Origin: Ministeria vibrans ATCC 50519
Taxonomy: Eukaryota; Protista; Filasterea
DNA length: 64,000 nt
NCBI GenBank assembly: GCA_943704425.1
Contig: CALSCP010001214.1
Location: 1 to 64,000, forward strand
Direction of reading: 5' to 3'
A model generated the notes under the pieces. It was not told where the DNA came from. It ran no database searches and saw only the letters and a list, made by a program, of their open reading frames with translations. The translations under genes and the position numbers were made by a program. Below, piece by piece: positions 1-15,750 of this stretch. Position 1 is the first letter of the stretch. Each line of letters starts with the position of its first letter.

Positions 1-35
<35 letters not shown>

Positions 36-184
36 AAGAGAAGGGAGGGAGAAGGGAGGGAGAAAGAAACAAAGTGATAGAGAGAGAGAGAGAGAAACAA
101 AGTGAAAAGAGAGATAGAGAAACAAAGTGAAAAGAGATAGAGAGAAACAAAGTGAAAAGAGAGAGAGAGAGAGAGAGAAGGTAC

Positions 185-3100
185 GGTTAATGGGAGAACG
201 AGAGAGGGAAGTGAGTGGGTTGACTTATCTGCAGTGTACACATCCGCAAGAGATGCATTAAGATGATGAACACTCTTGCGGAAGAGCTCGGTGAGCTCAG
301 CGTCGACATGGGCACCCTGGAAGGCGGGAACTAAGGGAAAAGGAGTAAGAGGTGCTCGTCCTTGGGATGGGGTACGTACTGGAAAGCATGATGGCGGGCA
401 CCTGGCTAGCAGCAAGGGCTGCCGGGTCAAGGGACTGTGTAGTTGAGCCAGAGAGGGCAGCGGATGTGATGGCGGCAGCCGCTGAGGAAAGCGTGGCCAT
501 GTTGTCGTGGGCGAGAGTAGACGAGAAGGAGCAAGGGGCTGGAAGGGCGATGGGCGCAGTGGTGTGCGGCGGCGGAGGGGGTTCGTCACTGAAGTTCAAT
601 TGGCGCTGCATTGACACATCCATGCTACTTCCACCATGGAATTTGGAGGCAGCCAGTGACGCCGCGGCAGAGTGTGCTGCCACGGAAACGTCCTCCTTGG
701 GCGAGAGGGTGTCCATAGGCAGGCGTTTGGCAGTGCCGCCCATCTTAGCCCGGTTCACTGCGACACTACCCGACCCACCACTGCCTGGCGGAGCATCAGC
801 AACGCCCACTGCTCCACCTGACTTTCCAGGCGTTGTGATGCGCGACTGAGGCACGCCACGAAGCATTTTGGGCGATTTCTTCACATAGAACATGCGCGAG
901 AAGAGGAGTTTTCTGCGTCGCTTGCGTTTGGGACGCACGGCAGCTTCACCGCGGTCGTCATCACCTCCCTTTCCATCACGGCCACCTGTACCGCCATCAC
1001 CACCTCCGTCGCTAGGTTCGTCATCATCGTCGTCCTCTTCGTCGTCCTCATCACCATCCTCCTTCTCAGACACAGTCCCATCAGACATACCACCCTCACG
1101 ACTGCCCCTCGTCCCATCATCACCAGAACGACGACTGGCAGACACAGCCAATGCACGACGGTACTCGGCATCCTCTTCTTCCATGTCACTCTCATCATCA
1201 AACAGCTCTGCCTCAAACGCGGACCTCTTGGTGCCACGACGAACACTTTCAGCAGCGGACACACCGACACCCGCACCGGCACCAACACCATTCGAAGCGG
1301 CACTACTTCCACTCGCATTGCTTGCCATTTGCGCACTCTTCTGCGCCAGCATGGCTGCAGCAGTCGACACGGCCAGCAAAGACGCACTGCTCGACGTGGC
1401 AACTGCCTGAATGGGCCCCTGACGCGACGGAGCCACGATGGTTGTCGGCGCAATACTCTCTGACACCGTCCCTTCCATGGCTGCACTCTGGCGCGCCGAC
1501 GACCTTCTCTCCTTTGCCCCATTGGCCAAGGACAGTGAAAATTGCACCACTTCCACTAAAACAGGAGAAAGCGAGAAACCAAAAAAAAAATCAGTCTTGT
1601 TAATATGCGTGTCGAGTGCGGATAAAAGGATATTATAAATTATTGTGATGATTACGTCGTGGAGGCTCTTCTGCGGCAATGAGTTTTTCAAGTTTGTCTT
1701 GCTGGAAGCCATTCCACACAAAGGACGGTTTGCGCAGGGTCTTGAGGGCACTGCCACCGCCTGTGAAGCGCACTTTGCTGATGAGCGAGAGCGACGACAG
1801 AATGTTGGCAATGTCATAGAGACGACGCACTTTGGCCTGTAGAATGCTCGCGGCTCGCTCAAGCGACACAAACTCATTCTGGACAATAGAGAGTGGCAAA
1901 ATTATCATTATTGAGTAACAAAGAGGAAGTAAAAATAAAGAAAAGAGAGAGAGAGAGTACCATGCCACTGCTGACAATAAAGAGCATAATAAATCGCTGA
2001 GTCAGACCGGCCATTGAACGAGAGCGGCTGTTGAACGTGGCGCCTGATTCACACGCACAAAAGAAAACAAAAAAGAAGAGAGAACGAAAGTGTGTGAGTG
2101 TTTGAGAGACTCATATGAGAGAGAAATATGTGGAGTGTGTGTGTGTATGCGTTATTCGTATGGAGTGCAACTCGTACAGCGCGCAATGATTTCAGGGTCA
2201 GATGGATCTGCGTTCTTCTGCAGTGCATCGCGAAGACCATCCGCGGTCGGTTTCTGACTTTGAGCCTAATAAACAAATAAAAAATAATGAGCGGAAGGAA
2301 GAGAGAGAGTTTGAGAGAGAGAGAGAGAGGGTTTGAGAGAGTTTGAGAGAGTTTGAGAGAGAGAGAGAGTTTGAGAGAGTTTGAGAGAGTTTGAGAGAGA
2401 GAGAGAGAGAGAGTTTGAGAGAGAGAGATTGAGAGAGAGAGAGAGTTTGAGAGAGAGAGTTTGAGAGAGAGAGTTTGAGAGAGAGAGTTTGAGAGAGTTT
2501 GAGAGAGTTTGAGAGAGTTTGAGAGAGAGAGAGAGTTTGAGAGAGAGAGTTTGAGAGAGAGAGAGAGAGTTTGAGAGAGAGAGAGAGTTTGAGAGAGAGA
2601 GTTTGAGAGAGAGNNNNNNNNNNNNNNNNNNNNNNNNNNNNNNNNNNNNNNNNNNNNNNNNNNNNNNNNNNNNNNNNNNNNNNNNNNNNNNNNNNNNNNN
2701 NNNNNNNNNNNNNNNNNNNNNNNNNNNNNNNNNNNNNNNNNNNNNNNNNNNNNNNNNNNNNNNNNNNNNNNNNNNNNNNNNNNNNNNNNNNNNNNNNNNN
2801 NNNNNNNNNNNNNNNNNNNNNNNNNNNNNNNNNNNNNNNNNNNNNNNNNNNNNNNNNNNNNNNNNNNNNNNNNNNNNNNNNNNNNNNNNNNNNNNNNNNN
2901 NNNNNNNNNNNNNNNNNNNNNNNNNNNNNNNNNNNNNNNNNNNNNNNNNNNNNNNNNNNNNNNNNNNNNNNNNNNNNNNNNNNNNNNNNNNNNNNNNNNN
3001 NNNNNNNNNNNNNNNNNNNNNNNNNNNNNNNNNNNNNNNNNNNNNNNNNNNNNNNNNNNNNNNNNNNNNNNNNNNNNNNNNNNNNNNNNNNNNNNNNNNN

Positions 3101-3451
3101 NNNNNNNNNNNNNNNNNNNNNNNNNNNNNNNNNNNNNNNNNNNNNNNNNNNNNNNNNNNNNNNNNNNNNNNNNNNNNNNNNNNNNNNNNNNNNNNNNNNN
3201 NNNNNNNNNNNNNNNNNNNNNNNNNNNNNNNNNNNNNNNNNNNNNNNNNNNNNNNNNNNNNNNNNNNNNNNNNNNNNNNNNNNNNNNNNNNNNNNNNNNN
3301 NNNNNNNNNNNNNNNNNNNNNNNNNNNNNNNNNNNNNNNNNNNNNNNNNNNNNNNNNNNNNNNNNNNNNNNNNNNNNNNNNNNNNNNNNNNNNNNNNNNN
3401 NNNNNNNNNNNNNNNNNNNNNNNNNNNNNNNNNNNNNNNNNNNNNNNNNNN

Positions 3452-3485
<34 letters not shown>

Positions 3486-4316
3486 GCGCACAAAAAACGG
3501 AAGAAAGACGACGGTACAGAGGTAGGGGAGGGTGTAGTGTATACAAAAAAAGGGGATACCTTCGGTGAGGTCGTCGTCGGCCTGCTGCTGTTGAGCGGGT
3601 TTTGGCGACGACAAGTTTTCGGCGCCGGCGCGTTGTTCGCGCGCCTTCGTTTGCGGCGTTGCGGACTGCGACGACGAAAAGGCGGCGGGTCTACGGCCCG
3701 CGGACGAGGCCATGGGGTGGTGGGCGGGGTCGGGCGACGAGCTGTCGTCGCTGGCGTCGTCGCGACTGTTTCGACTCGACGCGGACGACGACGACGAAGG
3801 GTCGGAGGGGACGCGCCCAGGCAGGCGGCGCGACGGGCCCGCGCCCACATGGCTCGGTGGCGTTGCCGGGAGAGGGCGATCTGGCGACGTGGCGAGGCGC
3901 GACGCGGCCGTCGATTGCAGCGTCGAGTCGCGCGCGAAACTCGCCGTGTCGCTGGATTCTGGCGCGTTGGCGGCATCGGCCGAGGAGGCGCGGAAACGCG
4001 GCGGAGAGCTCTGGCTTAAGGAGGAGCCAGCTGAAACCGACGAGGGCTGCGCAGCGCCAGTCGGGGGCGTTGCGGCAATGGCGTCTGCGGCGCCGATTAA
4101 AGTTGAAGCGTTCGCAACGGTTTCGCCAGAGGAATTTTGCGTCGAGGCGGGCTCGTCGTCAATGACGACAACCTCGTTGGTGGGCGTTGTGGTGGTCATA
4201 CTCCACTGCAAAGCGTGTGCAGACGAAGCGTTTTCTTCGCGCATTTTCAGACCGTTTACTGCCAACGATTCGTCTCCCAATGCGTGCCCAGAAGCTCGTG
4301 GCCCCACTACGTCCAT
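185..4316 (-). CDS. E2F7/8: Atypical E2F (E2F7/E2F8/DEL-type) transcription factor, multi-exon; 3' end runs off the window start
   Basis: Exon ~1646-1883 reads [33 protein letters not shown]...RKPSFVWNG and exon ~1958-2044 reads [19 protein letters not shown]. Together they match the second DNA-binding domain of E2F7/8 ([12 protein letters not shown]...KPAFKW). The first DNA-binding domain is not visible and probably lies in the gap at 2614-3450. ATG at 4316; long low-complexity flanks. Confidence 0.8.
2301..2613. repeat. Intronic (GAGAGAGTTT)n-like satellite abutting an assembly gap
   Basis: GA tracts punctuated by TTT roughly every 10-14 bp, directly visible. Confidence 0.95.
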
Positions 4317-4616
4317 TGGAGGAGCCGTGTGCAGGAATAAAAAATGGATTAATGCTTGATATTGCTAGATAAGTTGATATTGGCCATTGGGTAATGATAA
4401 TTATTAGTGATCCCCACTCTTGTCCTTGGTTGACTTGCTCTCTATGACGAATGACACAATTTTACGCATAGAGACACACTCAGTCAACTCATATATAAGA
4501 GATATTAGTTGGATATAGCCAGTCGTTCTGGTCTGGAGTCATTTTGATTCCCTTTCGATCATTCTTTCAACTTTCTCAATTTATTTACTTAATACTTTTT
4601 TTTTCTTTTTAATATA

Positions 4617-7338
<2,722 letters not shown>

Positions 7339-7445
7339 AAAGAATGGAGTTCTCTCTCACATGAGAATATAACTATAGTGAACTTCCTAATGAACAAACA
7401 GTACAAATTACAAAATTAATATCTATAATTTTCTTTTTTTACTTG

Positions 7446-10400
7446 TCAAGTGGATAGAGTGGAGAGGAGAGCGAGAGAGACAAAAGTTTGAAGACGCGCT
7501 TGTTCGTGATCGGAAGGGAGAGAGTAGAGAGCGGGAGTGAGAGAGCAGAGGAGGAGAAAGGGAGTGGAGTCGAAGGCAATTGCAACTGCGTGAGACTCTG
7601 CAGAGGGTGAGTGGTGTGCTGTGATGACGAGAGGGGCCATTGCGGTGGGAGGGGAGGAATGGGACTGGGTGAGGGGTTGTGAGTGGGTTGGGGCGGCGTC
7701 GGAGAGAAGAAGGTCCCAAAGATGTAGAGTTGCACTGGAGTCGAGAAGAAGGAAGACGGAGGGACGGGAAGGGGACCAGTGGAGGGAGAGAATGGAGTGA
7801 GGGGTAGTCGGGCTGTGAGGCCATTGGATAAGGGGGATGCGCGGCTGCGAGAGATGGTGGAGGGAAAGAGAGCCATCGGCGCAGGCGAGTAGGAAGAGGT
7901 CGGGGAGAAAAGGGTTGAAAGCAATACAGGTGATGGTGTTGGAGCCGGAAGGAAAGTGGCACGAAGGAACGACCACAGCATGAGTACGATTGAAATGACT
8001 AGATGATAATAAACAATGTTGCTTTGGGGTGGGGTGACGGGTGAGGAGAGTCGCGTAGGACATGTCAGTGCCCACTATGAGTCGAGTGGGGTCGGACGGG
8101 ATCACATTGAAGCAGAGGGTTGTGAGTCCACTCATCGGCAGATGAAGCAGCGCCGACGACAACTGATCATCGTCATTAAGTGTACAATATCGACTGGGCG
8201 AGAGAGCAGATGGGAGTTGTGCACTCACGTCGATGGTTGCACTGGGGAGCAGCTTCACTTGTCCACCGAGACTTACACACAGATCGTTTGAGAGTACACT
8301 GGAATCATTTCTCAATGATGACGAAGTGTGCAGTTCCTCCCCTCGTCCTTCCAATTGAACCACCACCCAAATAATCAACTTTCCTCCGCGATCGAGGGAT
8401 GCAATCTGATCGCGCTCAAAGGCGCACTTTTCTCGCTTGGACAACCTTTTGTTGCGCGTTGAAGTGAGACCATCATGAGTAGTGCCCGAAATGAGTCTGA
8501 TACTGACAATGGGCATTGAGTGAGCAACAGTCGAATCGTCATCAGAGTGGTGGAACGACGCAAAAGTGGGCTGACGCAGGACGCTGCGCGTGGTGGAGTG
8601 ATCCGGAGTCAGAGCACACAGCGTGTGATGTCTGTCGGGCTCACGGAGGTCCCAGAGTAAGAGGGCGCCGTCCTCAGTGCCAGCGAACACAATGGGACTG
8701 ACACTGCGCGGGGAGACGAGCAGTGAGAGGACATTAGATGGGGTGAGAAGGATGTCTTTGCAGGGACGAGAGGGACGATCTGCGTGCCAGGTGAGTACAA
8801 GGCCATGGGAGCGCATGAGCCGCTCGTGAGCTGCACGTTCACCCGTGTGTGCACGTGGCGCCAACGAATCGTCATGTACTGCTGAGTGCAGTCCATATGC
8901 GGTTGCCATGAGGGAGCACTCTCGTGTCGACATGAGTGCGCTTAATGCGTGACTCGAGTAGTGAGTGTCGGCGCTGCTTGCGAGGGCACAGAGGGGACGG
9001 TTGACAAGGAACGGGAGCGACGGGAGCTGAAGGGAGGAAGGAGAGATGGCGCCAGGACGACAGTAGTTGCTTGACTTGTGTCGCTTGAGCTCACTCTGTT
9101 GTTCTTGCGTGAGTGTGGCATCGAGTGACTCGTGCGATGGACGTTCGTTGAGCAGAGACTCGACAACGTGTCCCGCGCGAGCCAAGAATCTACTCAGTGC
9201 CACAATGTCGTAGTCAACTGCAAGTGTGAGAGACTCATGATCATGATCAAAAGTCGTTTTGTCACGAGGCTCATGAGTGGCGGCACTGGTACTATATGTA
9301 CTACTCTCGCGCGACTTCTTCTTTTTGTTTGACTTGGCCGTTGAGTTGTGTGCGTCGATATGATTGCTCATGTCTGGATTGTCGTGAGAATCAACAGCAG
9401 CAGCGCATGCAATTAGGGTGTCTGGGGGATGCTGCGACCAGCGTGACGTGCGTGCGATGGGCTCGGTCTGCGTCTCGACGGCCGTTGCGTCCTCGTTGGT
9501 CTGCGATGCGGCTTGAAGCGAGTTTGCCGAGCCACAGTTGCGAATGTACAGTTCGTATTCGGTGAGTGGGGCCATGTCAAGGAGGGTGAAGGCTACGACG
9601 TCGAGATCGATGAGGCGCCGCAGTTCGTGAGCGCGTGTTCGACGGCCTACGGCGTTTCCCGCGCGCGTTTCTCGTTGCGCTGCGCTGCCCAGATCGAGGA
9701 ATCGCGACGGGCGGGCAGTTTGTGGCGCCTGCTGCTGTTGAGCTGGTTGAGATGACGGGGCAAGAGAGGTGTGTGAGGATTGGTGGCGAACAGTGGGGGG
9801 TGATTGAAGTTGGGGTTGCGAGCGGAAACGACTGTCGGCGCTGCAGCTCACTCTTTCGTTCTCTTGATCAATAGCACGGATGACTCCGAGCACTTCGTTG
9901 CTTGGCACCTGTCGTTGCTCCTTTGGGGACGACGCATGGTTGACACGGACCGAGTCGTCATCATCATCATCGTCGTCGTCATTGTCATTGATGAATGTGT
10001 TGTTGCCATAGCGACGTTGGGTTTCGTCGTCGTCGTCGTCATTTTCTTCGTCGTCGAGCGCTTCAAAATCGTCTTCGTAGTCTTCAAAATCGTCTTCGTA
10101 CCCATAGTCGTTGTCTACGACGACAGGAGCGACGGTGGCGGGTTTCGTTTTTGACGTTGATGAACTTTTTTTGAACGTTTTGGGTGTAGAGACTGTGAGT
10201 ACTGCCGTGGCGGCGGTGGCGGCGGCGGTGCTTGATTTTAAAGAGGCCTTTGGTGAGGTTGGCTGAGCCTTGATAACCTTGGCTGTTTTCGCAGAGGAGG
10301 AGGAAGAAGAAGATTTCTTCGGTTTTGCTATTTTCCTCAGGTCGCTCTCGACGGAGGAGCGGGACGACGAAGGCTGTACATGTTAAGAACGTGTTGAGAA

Positions 10401-10459
10401 ATGAGATATGAGAGGTGCTGAAAAGAGACCCTCTTTGTATTTGTTTCTACCTTTGGCAT
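7446..10459 (-). CDS. DYNC2I1 (WDR60): Dynein-2 intermediate chain (WD40), retrograde IFT motor subunit
   Basis: Mini-exon MPK (10451-10459), then one long exon containing YEDDFEDYEDDFE, LIDLD...LLDMAPLTEYELYIRNCG...QTNED...ETQTE...WSQHP, FAGTEDGALLLWDLRE and WSPSRPSVF, all characteristic of WDR60. Confidence 0.9.
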
Positions 10460-10838
10460 CGAAGGACAACAGAAATGACTCGAATAATTTTTATGTATGT
10501 CAAAAATCAAATTAATGACGTTATGAATTTAAAAGATTGGGGAAAACAAATCCCGTTGTTACACCTCATGTTATGCCAGGAAAATATACTTAATGCGTAG
10601 ACTGCGAGAGCGTTTTGATATTGGTTAATGAGGTGATAATGTCAATGATCACTCAATAGACACTCATCAATCATTATTCGCTATTAGCTATAAACTATGG
10701 ACACGTTGGAAGTTTATGGCATTCAGCATTGTTTCATTGTTTGTTTTACTGACGTGTTTGTCTTGACTGATCGAAAATATTTGTATTTGACTTCATTTTA
10801 TTTTCCTCGTTCGATTGATTGTAGTTCGTTTCATATTC

Positions 10839-11752
10839 ATGCTTTTGTTTCGAGCAGTGAGTGAAACGAATGTTGAAGAAGATGCGTATGTCAAGGTGTG
10901 GGCATGGACAGGCGATGGATGTGATTTGGAATGTTGTGATCGTTTTTTGATCTTTTGCACCGTTCACTCTTCAGGCGGCGAGCGAGCGAGGAATCGCCGC
11001 GCAAACGGTAGGAGTGGTTCAAACACGTCTTGTGGATGGCGCAGCCGAGCAGCTGACGCGATGTCTTACGGAAAAGCGCTGGTGCGTCAAAGCAGAGTGT
11101 TTTTGATGTTGTTCTCTGGGCGATTTCTGACGGTGGGGTTTCAAGGAGTGCCATTGTGTTGACGAGCCATCGAGCGGCGCAGGTGTTTGTTGTGGCGGCG
11201 AGTGCAGGGGGTGTGGCACCGCCTGTGCGGGTGTACGTCGTTGGAGAGCGTACGTGGCGTACGGTGGAGCGGGGTGTGTCTGGCCAATGGGATGTTCGCG
11301 GACGGGAGACGGGCAATGCTGCACAGCTGGCTGAGCTGATTAAGGAGGAGCACAGTGCGGCCATGCGAGGAGCAAGAGACGAAAGAGGCGAAAGAGGCGA
11401 AATGTTGTTTGTGTGTGGGGATTCACGACGAGACGTACTTCCGTGTGCGTTGGAGAGAGCATCGATTCCGCTCACTGAGCTGATTGTGTATCGGAGTGAG
11501 CGCATTCCTTTGGCACAGGTCGAAGCAACGCTGTTGCGCGTGCCGTTTACACCCGCCTGGCGTATCTGCTTCAGTCCGCAGTGTGCACAGGTGGCGGCAA
11601 CGGCGCACGTTGACAAGGGTGGCGCGTGGATTGCGATTGGAGAGAGCACTGCGACGCAAATGCGCTCTCTGGGACTCACTGTCGCTGCCACCTGTGCACG
11701 TCCCACACCCCAACACCTTCTTGACCTCATCCTTCAACAACAACAATATTAA
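10839..11752 (+). CDS. UROS: Uroporphyrinogen-III synthase
   Basis: Spliced product MLLFR...DAYVK...WSAIVLTSHRAA...VYVVGERT...GNAAQLAELI...LFVCGDSRRDVLP...CFSP...AIGESTA...PTPQ follows the HemD/UROS motifs in order; start codon uncertain. Confidence 0.85.
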
Positions 11753-11805
11753 TATGTCTCATATGTATAATTAGTTATGCTGTATTTGTTTCAGTTTTTT
11801 GTCCT

Positions 11806-12764
11806 TTAGTCGATTGTAATTTCCTTTCGTTCTGGCGCCGGATCCTTCTTCGGCACTTCCAGACTGAGCACTCCATCAACGAATTTTGCAGTAATCGCTG
11901 AGACGTCCGCGTTTACGGGAAGCTTAATGCTGCGCTGGAATTTGCCTGTGGGAATAATTATTGCATTATAGGGTGAATATAGAGTCTGTGTGTAGTGTTG
12001 TTGTTGTTGTTGTGTTCTCTCTACCGGCTGTGCGCTCGCGAATGTGGTACTTCACCTCGTCCTTGTCTGTCTCATCCTTTTCAACGTCGCTCGAGGTCTC
12101 TGCAGTGATGGTCAGTGTGTCGTCTGCGACGTCGAGCTGACGTGGAGAGAAAAAAAAGGAAGAGTGCGATTTAGTGCGCCGTTTTTTTTTTGTGAGGTCA
12201 TCGCTCACCTTAATTTGATCCTTGGCGAAGCCGGGCACCTCAGCAGAGATGGAAAAGGCACTGTAGAAGAAGAGTAGAGAGAAGAGAAAGCGAAGCAAGG
12301 GTGAGGAGAATTGGATGTGGCGAGAGAAAGGTCGAGAAAAGGAAGTTTACTTTGCACTCTCGGAGACATCCAAGGGCATCTGCTTCATGAGTGACTGGCC
12401 GCGGTGGTGATGGAAGGGGTCACGAAAGAAGGGTTCGAAAGACGAGAACTCGTTCCAGAGGGACGCAGGGCTGCGCAGAAACGGCAAAGAATATCAGTGT
12501 GGATGTTGTCATTCTCGCACTTTCTATTTCGCACATTGCGCAAATTTCAGCTAGAAACACGCTACGCGCGTGCGTCTAACATATCAAACATGTACACATC
12601 ACTTACGAAGGGGGAAGAAGTCGAGTGGTGGGCCAGTGGAAGTCGGGATCGAGCAGATTATGGCGACGACGAAGTGCCGCCGCCGAAGCGGTGAGGGCAC
12701 GCGACGAGGTGAGCGCCGCGTGGGAGCGAGACATGGCAAAGAGGGGGCGAATGGCGCGGGACAT
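11806..12764 (-). CDS. Small heat-shock protein (alpha-crystallin/HSP20), 5 exons, likely mitochondrial presequence
   Basis: MPLDVSES...FSISAEVPGFAKDQIK...LTITAE...YHIRERTAGKFQRSIKLP...ITAKFVDGVLSLEVPKK...EITID*; N-terminus MSRAIRPLFAMSRSHAALTSSRALTASAAALRRRH. Confidence 0.9.
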
Positions 12765-13040
12765 TTTGTATATATGTATGCGTATGTAAGGTAGTGGGTT
12801 TGGAAAAAAAAAGTGAATAAAATTGAATTAATAAAATAATTAAAAAATTAATAATAATAATTATTATTCGCGGAATTTTATACTGGTTTCAGTTTCACAA
12901 AAACCATTATGTATGATCACGCGCAGGATTTCTCGCTCTCTCTCTCTATTGCTCAGACTTCAGAGTCTAGACAGTTATAGAAAAGAAAGGAGAAGCCCAC
13001 TTTCGAAAAGTTCAATGTGAGTAATGTCGGAAGTTGTATT

Positions 13041-15479
13041 TCATTCAAAAGTGGTTTCGGGGCGATCAAAATCGGCGAAAAACCAATCAGGATCGGTCAA
13101 GAGCAGCTGAACAATCTGAGCCTGCATAGGCGTCTGAATGATCATACTGGCCATTGAGTTTGTCTCGTCACGAAAGAGGGTCGGCCCAAACACAATGGCC
13201 AGATTGACCACCAACATCTTGTTGGTGTCACCGTAGCTGGCGACCAGCTGGAGGTGCTTGGCGAGGGCGTGAAAAGTTGCAAAGTTGGCAGGAGGCAGCA
13301 GACGAAGAACGGTGCGCAACGCAGTGCGTTGGTCGTCCACTGACGTTTTGACTTCTGTCGAGCGAGAGAGGGAGGAACAAGATTGAGTAAGCGATTCACA
13401 ACATCAATCAGNNNNNTCTGTCTCTCAAGTGAGGTTCGTACGCGCTGCCTGCATAAACTTGTTGTACAGTTTGAAGGTGCACAGAGGCTGTTTGAGTTCC
13501 CGAAAATACCCCTTGAGCAGCCCCGCAACCACATGTACGTCATCCGCCCCTTCCTTCTCCAGAGTCGTGAATTTCATGTTAGCTACAATACAATGATTAA
13601 TTATTATTAATAATTATAATCATTAACAATTGAGTCATATAATTTTCGCGTTTTCTGGTTTCTCATTCCATTCACTCTTCTCTCACTGTACCATTTCAAG
13701 TCACAAAACATACGAATCTTCAAAAATTGTTTCTTTTTGTGTTTCTCTCTTCCATTGTTTTATACCTCTCGCGAGTTTCCGTTTCAGACTCTTAATCCCT
13801 AAGGCATTTCCAGACAAACGATAAATTCCTGACAAACGCACACATACCGAGAAGAGGAAGAAAAAAAAACAAGTGGTGGATAGGAAAGAAACAAGAACAT
13901 ATTAGTCAATCATTTAAATTGGACACTTTGTTCGTGTGCGTGTGTGCTTAGTATGCATATTATGTGTATGCATATAATATGTGTTTTTCGTACCTTCCGC
14001 TTTGAGTCCCTCTTTTTCGATGTACGCAATGCATTTTGTGACGAGCAGTGGCATTTCGCGATCTTCTCGGTCCGCCTGCTCCTGAATATTCTGCCCAAAC
14101 AGCATATCTACAAAATTTAATAGTGAGAATCAAAAAAAAGAAAACGGAGCGAAAACAAAACAAAAACGATCAAACGTTTCGTATACCTTCAAAGTCCTCA
14201 TCACCCTCTTCAGCTGCAGCGCTCGTTAAAGAATAAGCAGAGCCTACAAAACAAAACAAAACACAAACCAAAGACAATCAATAAAGCTTTTTCCTTGTTT
14301 TTTTTTTTGGGAGGGGTTTAGATTACTCGCAGCAAAAAGACCCACTCGGGGTTTACTGCGGACTCTTTGCACTCCCTGTGCCGCCAATGCACCTAAAATC
14401 ACACACACACACGCATAGTAAAAACCAAAGTGGACATTTCTCTGTCTTGTCTCTCTCTCTCTCCATCACTTTGTTTCTCTCTTCTCTGCCTCTGTCTCTG
14501 TCTCTCTCTCTATCACTTTGTTTCTTTCTTCTCTGTCTCTGTCTCTGTCTCTGTCTCCATCACTTTGTTTCTCTCTGCTCTCTCGCACTCTCTGAGTGTT
14601 TTACCTTTTCTAGGGCTGTCTGGGGACTCTGAGCGACCGACCAATTGAGAGATTCCGGCAAGCGAGACACCCTTTGCGTCTTCGCATGTGCTTGCCAGTC
14701 GCGAAGACCATCTTTCAAGCTCGTCTTTGGCAGTGACGTGGATAAGAATTTCTTCCATCTAATAGTACAATACAGAGACGCACTTGGGGGTCATATCCCT
14801 TCCGTATTGCGCTCTTGCGTCGCACCTGGTCACCAAGAAGGAAGACGTTCGACTCGAATTTGACGTCGGGAGACTTTGATAAGCTCGTGACTGTTGCATG
14901 TGAAAGGGGCAGCGTGCGTTCTGCGGCGTGTTTAGATCGACAATCGTGTTCCGACTAAACAGAGAGACACAGACAGACACACATACAAAAGAAAAAGATC
15001 AAAATTGAGTCGTGCGGACGCGCTGGGCGTTACCCGCTGCATCTCTCTCTCTCATATGCACACAGCACACTCCTTCGTACCTCCCATAAGGTCAGATGCG
15101 TGATGGTCAAGATGCCAAAGGCATTTTCGTGCCAGTCGAGTGATTTTGATTCCTGTTCAACAAAAAACCCGCGAGAATAAGAGAATGCAACGAATCGAAG
15201 CGTTGTTGAGGAAGGACGTGACATTACAAGTGACGAAACAAGCTAGGGCATCAAAAGCGCGGTCGTTGATGCGTCTTGAGGTGTTTTTCTGACATCGGCG
15301 CAAAACCGATATTTTTGATGTTTGTGTGTTTTGTGTGTGTGTGTTTGCGCTACCTTGCCGCCTGAAAGCGTCAGTCTCCAGTCCAGTACGCCTGCCAAGC
15401 GCACTCCAGGGAGGTCTTGCTGTGCGATCGAATGAGAGAGTCAGTCAGATAAGAAAACGGATTTTTTTTATTTTACCAT
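13041..15479 (-). CDS. PH + RhoGAP protein (ARHGAP15/12/27-like), many short exons
   Basis: PH-like RLAGVLDWRLTLSGGK-ESKSLDWHENAFGILT...AKDELERWSSRL; GAP VFGQNI...PLLVTKCIAYIEKEGL...IYRLSGN...DVHVVAGLLKGYFREL...NKMLVVNLAIVFGPTLFR. The start is a putative ATG-only exon at 15477-15479. Confidence 0.85.
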
Positions 15480-15750
15480 TCTCTGCAAACTTGACAAACA
15501 AAGAGAACTACAGGGGTACACGGAGCAGTCAGCAGCAAGAAGAATGCTCGAGGGTGCTCAAAATTCAAAAAAAGAGTTATCAGTTATCACTAATAATTCT
15601 GTAATTCACTATAATATTATACAGAAATAACTCACTACTCCGTTTCACTCATCAATAACTAAAATGAATTATTATTATTAATAGTTATTAAACTCAGTGT
15701 TTATACAGTTGTTCTTAATAATTATAGTGTACATCAAATATTTATTTATG

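Noticed and set aside
2049-3568. Long ORFs spanning N runs and microsatellites (poly-SL, poly-N, poly-I, HT and ER repeats)
   Set aside because: Artefacts of gaps and simple repeats inside introns
10460-10838. RFX X-box upstream of the ciliary gene WDR60
   Set aside because: No convincing GTTNCC-N(0-3)-RGYAAC match
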